Assembly: GCF_000195755.1 (NCBI RefSeq)
Contig: NC_002937.3
Span: 720,001 to 752,000 of the forward strand
Direction of reading: 5' to 3'
Length of the DNA: 32,000 nt
From: Nitratidesulfovibrio vulgaris str. Hildenborough
GTDB lineage: Bacteria; Desulfobacterota; Desulfovibrionia; Desulfovibrionales; Desulfovibrionaceae
Each line of letters begins with the position of its first letter. Within the stretch, counting starts at the first letter, position 1. The notes below the pieces were generated by a model that ran no database searches, was not told the DNA's origin, and saw nothing but the letters and a program-made list of their open reading frames with translations. Both the position numbers and the translations under genes were made by a program. Positions 26,310-32,000 of the stretch are shown one piece after another.

Positions 26310-27146
26310 ATGTTGTGCAAGAATTCTGCGGTGTCCGCTTTTGCGGGGCAGTTCCGCAACGGTCGTGCCGTTGTGGATGTGCTGGCCTATGTCGCGTTGA
26401 TGGGCGGGTTTCTCACGGTGGTCGTCCACGGAGCGTCGCAGTCGGGGTACGTGTGGCAATGGTACCGGGCGTGGCGTTTTCTTTTCGTGTTGCCCGGTGA
26501 TGCCGGGGCCGAAGGCGGCGCTTCAGCCGGTCTGCTTCTGCAGGGGCTTGGCGTCACTCTTCAGGTCGCAGCGGGAAGTCTTGTGCTGGCACTGCTGCTC
26601 GCCGCAGTGGCCGTGGCTTTACGCCTTTCGTGCCTTCGTACGGGGCGCCTCGTGGCGCGTCTGTATGTCGAATCGGTACGCAACACGCCGCTTCTGGTGC
26701 AACTGTTCGTGACCTATTTCGCCATCGCCCCGGTCTTCGGGCTCGGCAGGATGGCATCAGCCGTCATGGCACTCGGTGTGTTCGAAGGCGCCTACATGGC
26801 GGAGATTCTGCGGGCGGGCATCGCCGCCGTGCCGCAGGGCCAGTGGGAGGCCTCGCGAAGCCTTGGCATGGACGAACCCGGAACCTACGTTCAGGTCATC
26901 CTGCCGCAGGCGTTGCGGCGCGCCTTGCCTCCGCTTACCGGACAGGCAGTGAGCCTCGTGAAGGATTCCTCGCTGGCAAGCGCCATCGCCATCCATGAAC
27001 TGACCATGCAGGCGCAGACGATCATCGCCGAAACGTTCCTCACGTTCGAGGTATGGCTGCTTACCGCCGCCATCTACCTGTGCGTGACCCTGAGCCTCTC
27101 GGCTGTGGCGCGCCTGCTCGAACGCAGGATGCATTTCGATGTCTGA
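26310..27146 (+). CDS. Amino-acid ABC transporter permease (His/Glu/Gln/Arg/opine family, long N-terminal form)
   Basis: Contains YVESVRNTPLLVQLFVTYF and the EAA loop GAYMAEILRAGIAAVPQGQWEASRSLGM...ILPQALRRALPPLTGQ. The start is uncertain because there is no strong SD at 26310. Confidence 0.85.
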   Translation: MLCKNSAVSAFAGQFRNGRAVVDVLAYVALMGGFLTVVVHGASQSGYVWQWYRAWRFLFVLPGDAGAEGGASAGLLLQGLGVTLQVAAGSLVLALLLAAVAVALRLSCLRTGRLVARLYVESVRNTPLLVQLFVTYFAIAPVFGLGRMASAVMALGVFEGAYMAEILRAGIAAVPQGQWEASRSLGMDEPGTYVQVILPQALRRALPPLTGQAVSLVKDSSLASAIAIHELTMQAQTIIAETFLTFEVWLLTAAIYLCVTLSLSAVARLLERRMHFDV

Positions 27147-27175
27147 TACAACCCCGCAATGAAAAGGAGGTAAGG

Positions 27176-27997
27176 GTGCGCAGTATCATAATGACCCTGT
27201 TGGGAGTTCTCATGGCGATTTCCGTAGCCTCTGCAGCCGACCGTCCGTTGCGTGACCAGCTGGCGGAGGATAGCGTGATCGAGCAGGCGCTCAAACGCGG
27301 GACGTTGCGGGTGGGGTTCTCGACCTTCGTGCCGTGGGCGATGCAGGACAAGAGTGGAGCATTCGTCGGCTTCGAAGTTGACGTGGCCACACGGCTTGCG
27401 CAAGACCTCGGCCTCAATCTGGAACTCGTGCCGACCAAGTGGTCGGGCATCATCCCCGCACTGCTCACCGGGAAGTTCGATGTCATCATCGGTGGCATGA
27501 GCGTGAAACCCGTGCGGAGTCTCAAGGTCAACTTCACCATTCCCTACGACTACGCGAGCATATCCGTCATGGCCAGCAAGTCGGCGGCCGCTGGCCTCAA
27601 GTCGCTGGATGATTTCGACAATCCCGAAGTCGTCGTCGTCGCCCGTACGGGCAGCACTGCCGCCTTGGCGGCCAAGAAGCGTTTCCCCAAGGCCAGACTC
27701 CGCTATTTCGACGATGAGGGACCAGCCATCCAGGAGGTCCTGTCCGGGCGTGCCCATGCCCTTGTCTCGAGCGACCCGCTGCCCCGCTTCGAAGTGCTGG
27801 CCAATCCGGACCGGTTGTTCATGCCTGAAGGCAAGCCTCTCGCGCTCGAACCTGTAGCCTTCGCCGTACGCAAGTCAGACCCCGATACGCTGAATGTGCT
27901 CGATAACTGGATCAGGATGGTGGAGATGGAAGGCTGGCTCAAGGAACGCAAGCACTACTGGTTCGAGACACGTGACTGGGAACCGCTTGTTCGCTGA
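27176..27997 (+). CDS. Periplasmic amino-acid-binding protein (SBP family 3)
   Basis: GTG 27176 lies 5 nt after AAGGAGG. The signal peptide is MRSIIMTLLGVLMAISVASAA. LRVGFSTFVPWAMQDKSG.FVGFEVDVA...KWSGIIPALLTGKFDVIIGGMS is the SBP_bac_3 pattern. Confidence 0.85.
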   Translation: MRSIIMTLLGVLMAISVASAADRPLRDQLAEDSVIEQALKRGTLRVGFSTFVPWAMQDKSGAFVGFEVDVATRLAQDLGLNLELVPTKWSGIIPALLTGKFDVIIGGMSVKPVRSLKVNFTIPYDYASISVMASKSAAAGLKSLDDFDNPEVVVVARTGSTAALAAKKRFPKARLRYFDDEGPAIQEVLSGRAHALVSSDPLPRFEVLANPDRLFMPEGKPLALEPVAFAVRKSDPDTLNVLDNWIRMVEMEGWLKERKHYWFETRDWEPLVR

Positions 27998-28011
27998 AGA
28001 GACTACCCGGC

Positions 28012-28956
28012 ATGATAGGGCTTGCCGTACCCCGGAAACCGTCTGCGGTGCATGGCGGGGCTTGTCGCATGCCTAGGCGTTGTGGAGTATCGCGCGCCGC
28101 CCTCATGCTGGATGTGGCCTTTCTTCTTGTGCTCGTGGGCGGGGCCGCATGGTTCGTGTGGCGCATGGACGATGTGATCCATTACCGCTGGCATTGGGGG
28201 CGGGTTCTCGAAGGGCTGGTGTATGTCACTCCGCAGGGAGAATGGCATGCCGGGCCGCTGGCAAGAGGGCTGGCAGGCACGGTGCGCCTCAGCCTGTGGG
28301 CCATGCTTGCGGCGTTGCTGCTTGGCACGGTGGCAGGTCTTCTGCGTACCCGGAGGCGTTTGCTGGCCCGCCTTCTTGCTGGAACCTACGTGGACAGCGT
28401 CCGCAATCTTCCGGCGCTGGTGCTGATTTTCGTGATGTACTTCTTCATCAGTTCGCTGGTGCTGCCAGCACTGGGGCTCGAGGAATCCGTCCGGGGACTT
28501 CCTCCTGGGGGGCGTGCGGTCGTCGGCTGGCTGTTCGCCCCCGTGGAGCAACTCTCGGCCTTCCTGTCTGCGGTGGTGACGCTTGCCATCTACGAAGGGG
28601 CCTACATCTCGGAAATCGTCAGGGCTGGCATCGAGAGTGTGCCGCGAGGACAGTGGGACGCCTCCTCATCGTTCGGTCTCGGACCTGTGCAACAGATGCG
28701 CCACGTGATTCTGCCGCAGGCCCTGCGCCATGCCGTTCCTCCCCTTGCGGGGCAGTTCATCTCCATCATCAAGGACTCTGCCATCGTGTCGGTCATCTCC
28801 GTTCCGGAATTGACCTTCCAGGGTATGGAACTCATGGCCGCCACCTATCAGACCTTCGAGATATGGACGACCATCGCCCTGTTGTACCTCGTTCTCACTC
28901 TGGGCTGTTCTCTCGTGGCGGAAAGGCTTGAAAGGCGCTTCAGGTGGGGTCTGTAG
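28012..28956 (+). CDS. Amino-acid ABC transporter permease (second subunit)
   Basis: Contains YVDSVRNLPALVLIFVMYFF and the EAA loop GAYISEIVRAGIESVPRGQWDASSSFGL...ILPQALRHAVPPLAGQ. Alternative starts are at 28069 and 28105. Confidence 0.8.
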   Translation: MIGLAVPRKPSAVHGGACRMPRRCGVSRAALMLDVAFLLVLVGGAAWFVWRMDDVIHYRWHWGRVLEGLVYVTPQGEWHAGPLARGLAGTVRLSLWAMLAALLLGTVAGLLRTRRRLLARLLAGTYVDSVRNLPALVLIFVMYFFISSLVLPALGLEESVRGLPPGGRAVVGWLFAPVEQLSAFLSAVVTLAIYEGAYISEIVRAGIESVPRGQWDASSSFGLGPVQQMRHVILPQALRHAVPPLAGQFISIIKDSAIVSVISVPELTFQGMELMAATYQTFEIWTTIALLYLVLTLGCSLVAERLERRFRWGL

Positions 28957-29133
28957 AAGATACGTGCCGCGAGTGAGGGCTTTCGGGCTGGCTTCACGGA
29001 GGGGCGTCTTCCTGCGTGAAGGTACCCCTTCGAGTCGGCTGGCCTTGCGCTGTGATGCCTCCCGGAAGCTGCGCGTACTGTCGTCTGCCAGAATATACTC
29101 CATTCGTGCGGGGGACTGTCGCTCGAAATGAAC

Positions 29134-29163
29134 GCCCACGATGACCTGAAGGTCGTCGTGGGC
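29134..29163. terminator. Hairpin between the convergent permease and MltB-like genes
   Basis: GCCCACGATGACC-TGAA-GGTCGTCGTGGGC is a 13-bp stem with one G-U pair. The flanking U-tracts are weak. Confidence 0.45.
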
Positions 29164-29237
29164 GCTTGTGCTGTGCAGGGATGAGGCAGGCCAGGCCTGC
29201 TGAGGGCGTCGTCGTTTCGGTCGCTGCCTGCCCGACG

Positions 29238-30287
29238 TTACCGAAGGGCCGAGGCGGTGGGGCCAGGGCGGGACGGTGTGGCAGATGCCACGACGGTGAC
29301 GCGGTCAGCCAGAGTGAGGATGGTGTCGGCGTAAATGGCAAGGTTGTTGTAACGACGGAGTGCCTTGTGACGTCCCGCCCTGTCCATTCCCGGCTTCCAG
29401 CCGTTCTCCTTGAGATAGCGCCCGAGACTGGCTACGGCGTCAGCCGTGGTGAAAAGGTCGATACGTCCGTCGCCGTCACCGTCGGCACCGTAGCGCAGCA
29501 GACTCGTCGGCATGAACTGGCAGATACCGATGGCACCATAGATGGAACCGGGCATATGCATCGGGTCGAGACCGTTGGCGCGGGAGTGCCGCAATAACGC
29601 CTTCAACTCGTTGTAGGCCCAGTCGGCCTTGATACGCATCTTCTCCGCCACCCAGTCCTTGTGGTCGTAGGCACCGGGCAATTGCGCCATCCATTCGGGT
29701 ATGGCGTCCGGATTGGTCGTGGAAGCCATGCTTGCGAGCGTCTCGAAGGCATTGCGCTTTCCGAGATTGGTTCCGAGGCGCGTCTCTACGAACAGCAGGG
29801 ACACGGCAACGTTGCGCGGTACGCCGTACGTCGCTTCCATCCGTGAGAAGGCATCAGCGTTGGCCTGAAGAAAAGACAGGCATTTGCGGGCGTTCTCATC
29901 GGTGACGACACCAGGATAGAGCGCGGGGCGCGGCTTCTGCGGCTTTGCCGTCGTGGACGGGGCCGGCTTCAGATATTTGGTGGTGTAGAGTTCCTTGACC
30001 TTGCGGCCCATGGGGTCTTGCGATGCCGTGGGGCCGAGACGCCTGAAGAGGTCGTCGACATCAGGTCCCGCGATGCCGTCTGCCTGCAGGCGAAGCATGA
30101 CGGGCCTCCAGCTTGTGGCAATGTCCTGAGGGGCAGGATAGCTGCCGGGGACCACCGGGGCTGGCTGCGGAGTCTGACTGGGTGTCTCGGGGCGTGAGGA
30201 TGTTCCGGCACAGGCGGTGAGACCGAGGGCCAGAAGACAGGTAAGGAGGGGCCTTACGGCGCGGGCAAGGATGGCTCGACGTTTCAT
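29238..30287 (-). CDS. Lytic murein transglycosylase (MltB/SLT_2-like) lipoprotein
   Basis: The lipoprotein signal is MKRRAILARAVRPLLTCLLALGLTACAG, with lipobox L-T-A-C. The C-terminus ...SLLFVETRLG...GAIGICQFMPTSLLRYGADGDGDGRIDLF..ADAVASLGRYL is typical of the MltB family. Confidence 0.85.
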   Translation of the reverse strand: MKRRAILARAVRPLLTCLLALGLTACAGTSSRPETPSQTPQPAPVVPGSYPAPQDIATSWRPVMLRLQADGIAGPDVDDLFRRLGPTASQDPMGRKVKELYTTKYLKPAPSTTAKPQKPRPALYPGVVTDENARKCLSFLQANADAFSRMEATYGVPRNVAVSLLFVETRLGTNLGKRNAFETLASMASTTNPDAIPEWMAQLPGAYDHKDWVAEKMRIKADWAYNELKALLRHSRANGLDPMHMPGSIYGAIGICQFMPTSLLRYGADGDGDGRIDLFTTADAVASLGRYLKENGWKPGMDRAGRHKALRRYNNLAIYADTILTLADRVTVVASATPSRPGPTASALR

Positions 30288-30336
30288 GTGCTGAAGATAC
30301 TCCAGCCCTTCTGGCGGTGCAAGGCGGCAGCGGGGG

Positions 30337-30380
30337 AAAAGGTCGAAGCCTCCGGGATGGGGGGGTATCCCGGAGGCTTC
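30337..30380 (-). terminator. Terminator-like hairpin with a C7 loop
   Basis: The minus strand reads GAAGCCTCCGGGAT-ACCCCCCC-ATCCCGGAGGCTTC, a perfect 14-bp stem, followed by GACCTTTTCC. Confidence 0.6.
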
Positions 30381-30488
30381 GCAGGAAGGAACAGGCCGGT
30401 CTCCGCTGGGGGGGGAGTGGCGGAGGGCCGTGAACCGACATGGAACCGGGATGGTCGGGGGGGATGACCATCAAGAACCGGCTCCTGC
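30337..30488 (-). ncRNA. Candidate sigma-54-dependent small RNA with three stem-loops carrying C7/C8/C7 loops
   Basis: It lies downstream of a perfect -24/-12 promoter. The hairpins are at 30472..30450, 30425..30401 and 30380..30345 (the terminator). There is no credible ORF. The ends are inferred, not measured. Confidence 0.55.
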
Positions 30489-30499
30489 ACTACTGTATA

Positions 30500-30514
30500 G
30501 CAAATGGTGTGCCA
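30500..30514 (-). promoter_or_regulatory. Sigma-54 (-24/-12) promoter
   Basis: The minus strand reads TGGCAC-ACCAT-TTGC, matching TGGCAC-N5-TTGC at all ten specified positions. It lies in an intergenic region 127 nt after the regulator stop and 213 nt before the MltB-like ATG. Confidence 0.8.
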
Positions 30515-30596
30515 TGCTCGTGGTGGGGCCAGATGGGCTTCTGAGGCGGTTTTGTTTGCGGCTGCTAGACGAAAGAGCGGGTGTCTTCGGCGTTTC

Positions 30597-30641
30597 GTGC
30601 GGAAAAGCACGTGCGAATACGCACGGCGTGCGATTGCGCAC
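30597..30641. promoter_or_regulatory. Three tandem 14-bp palindromes, candidate enhancer (UAS) for the adjacent activator
   Basis: GTGCGGAAAAGCAC (30597..30610, one arm mismatch), GTGCGAATACGCAC (30611..30624, perfect) and GTGCGATTGCGCAC (30628..30641, perfect). They lie 83-127 bp upstream of the -24 element. The last site overlaps the regulator stop codon. Confidence 0.55.
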
Positions 30642-32000
30642 TATTTGCGGAGGCGGCGCAGCAGGGCGAAGCGCGAGAGGCCGAGAAGGGTGGCCGCGCG
30701 GGTCTTGTTTCCGTTGCAGCGTTGCAGGGCCTGTTCTACGAGGCGTTCGACGAACTCATGCAGGTTCATGCCCTCGTCAGGGATGCGAAAGTCTTCCGGT
30801 GTCGACGTGAGGACTTCGTTGGCAGGGGGGCCCTCGGACCCGGTCCTGTGGGACACATCGTCCGAAAGCCTGATGGGGAGGACGAGGTGCTCCGGGCGAA
30901 GCAGCGTCCCGTCATGCAGCAGGACCGCGCGTTCGATGGTGTTTTCCAGTTCGCGGACGTTACCCTTCCAGACGGCGCTTTGCAGCAGGGCGAGTGCTTC
31001 ATCGTCGATGCCCGTGAATTGCTTTTTCTTGCGGGCGGCTTCCCGGCGCAGGAAGAGGGCTGCCATCTCCGGGATGTCTTCGCGCCTTTCACGCAACGGT
31101 GGCAGGATGAGGTGCCCGACCCGAAGCCGATGATAGAGGTCGCGTCTGAACAGGCCGTTTTCGACCATCTGCTCGAGGTCGCGGTTGGCCGCGCATACGA
31201 TGCGTGCGCGGAAGTTGCGCCGCTTGAGGCCGCCCAGCCTGTAGAAGGTGCGTTCTTCAAGGACGCGCAAGAGCTTGGGTTGCAGATGCAAGGGCAGTTC
31301 AGCCACTTCGTCCAGGAAAAGAGTGCCGTCGGCTGCCAGTTCGAGCTTCCCCGGCGAGCCTCCGCTCCGGCTTCCGGTGTAGGCTCCCGCCTCGTGTCCG
31401 AAGAGCTCGCTCTCGAACAGTTCGGTGGGGATGGCGGCGCAGTTGAGGTCGATGAAGGGCCTGTCGTCGCCGTCGTGTCCGAAATGGACGAGTCTTGCCA
31501 CGACCTCCTTGCCGGTGCCCGTTTCGCCTTCGACAAGGACGGGTACGGAAGGGTCGGCATGGAAGATGGCGGCTTCTTCGAGGATGCGCCGCATGGCGGG
31601 CGAGGCTGTGACGATGTCTCCGATGCCCGAGACGTTGCGAAGCCGCAGACGAGCCGCTTCAAGGTCCTGCCGCAATGCCGTTGTGGCCTGCGCAACACGT
31701 CCTTCCATGTCGGAACGGAGAGTGGCGTTTTCCGAGACCAGCGCCATATGCTCTGCACAGCGGTCGACCACGATGGCGAGTTCGCGGGCGTTGATGGGCT
31801 TGTTGAGGTAGTCGTAGGCCCCGCGTCGCAGGGCTTCCACGGCTGTCTCCATGTCGCCGTGGCCGGTGATGAGGACCACATTGCTCTTCGCCGTGGCCGT
31901 ATCCGACTTGAGGTGGGCGAGAAGCTCAAGCCCGTCCATGTCAGGCATGCGGATGTCGGTGATTATCAGCGGGTAGAACGTACGGGCCGCTTCTTCGATG
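30641..32000 (-). CDS. NtrC-family sigma-54-dependent response regulator (receiver + AAA+ + HTH); the N-terminus lies beyond the right edge
   Basis: The reading frame stays open to the window edge (...IEEAARTFYPLIITDIRMPDMDGLELL...). It has a canonical phospho-acceptor D and LNKPI. The AAA+ motifs are GETGTGKEVVARLVH, GAYTGS and LFLDEVAELP. The C-terminal HTH is NKTRAATLLGLSRFALLRRLRK. Confidence 0.9.
   Translation of the reverse strand, partial: IEEAARTFYPLIITDIRMPDMDGLELLAHLKSDTATAKSNVVLITGHGDMETAVEALRRGAYDYLNKPINARELAIVVDRCAEHMALVSENATLRSDMEGRVAQATTALRQDLEAARLRLRNVSGIGDIVTASPAMRRILEEAAIFHADPSVPVLVEGETGTGKEVVARLVHFGHDGDDRPFIDLNCAAIPTELFESELFGHEAGAYTGSRSGGSPGKLELAADGTLFLDEVAELPLHLQPKLLRVLEERTFYRLGGLKRRNFRARIVCAANRDLEQMVENGLFRRDLYHRLRVGHLILPPLRERREDIPEMAALFLRREAARKKKQFTGIDDEALALLQSAVWKGNVRELENTIERAVLLHDGTLLRPEHLVLPIRLSDDVSHRTGSEGPPANEVLTSTPEDFRIPDEGMNLHEFVERLVEQALQRCNGNKTRAATLLGLSRFALLRRLRK

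Noticed and set aside
30359-30463. G7, G8 and G7 homopolymer runs on the plus strand, considered as slipped-strand phase-variation tracts.
   Set aside because: They are intergenic, so length changes would not shift any reading frame. Each sits exactly in the loop of a perfect hairpin, which fits an RNA-structural role on the minus strand better.

Overview
High-GC (about 65% by eye) chromosomal segment. Gene content and protein sequences look like Desulfovibrio vulgaris, specifically the neighbourhood of the periplasmic CbiK chelatase. That identification is from memory and was not checked by any search.

I call about 30 protein genes:
- a cobalamin-riboswitch-controlled cbiK plus FecCD permease operon
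- a Gate-domain membrane protein and cheV
- a PHP / peptidase-U32 / sigma-54 activator operon
- a Trm112-like gene and two hsp20 genes
- a YfcE-like phosphodiesterase and a Dus-family gene
- a nifU-nifS-cysK-cysE operon
- two tandem HD-GYP genes divergent from an MCP gene
- a lower-GC glycosyltransferase / O-antigen-ligase-like pair
- a GltB-like FMN oxidoreductase
- a permease-SBP-permease amino-acid ABC cluster with no ATPase gene
- an MltB-like lipoprotein
- a second, NtrC-type sigma-54 response regulator that runs off the right edge

I saw no rRNA, tRNA, CRISPR array or transposase.

The most interesting signal is non-coding. Directly downstream of the NtrC-type regulator lie three tandem GTGCG-N4-CGCAC palindromes, then a perfect sigma-54 promoter (TGGCAC-N5-TTGC). 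About 150 nt follow that fold into three stem-loops, each with a C7-C8 run in the loop, and the last one looks like a terminator. I read this as a candidate EBP/sigma-54-dependent sRNA.

A similar but weaker layout follows the other sigma-54 activator: a nested palindrome, a near-consensus -24/-12 element, and five consecutive perfect hairpins. That activator also lacks the receiver phospho-acceptor Asp.

Also notable are a roughly 360-bp tract of about 26% GC in the 855-bp gap between the GltB-like gene and the ABC cluster, and the cobalamin riboswitch with an SD-sequestering hairpin.
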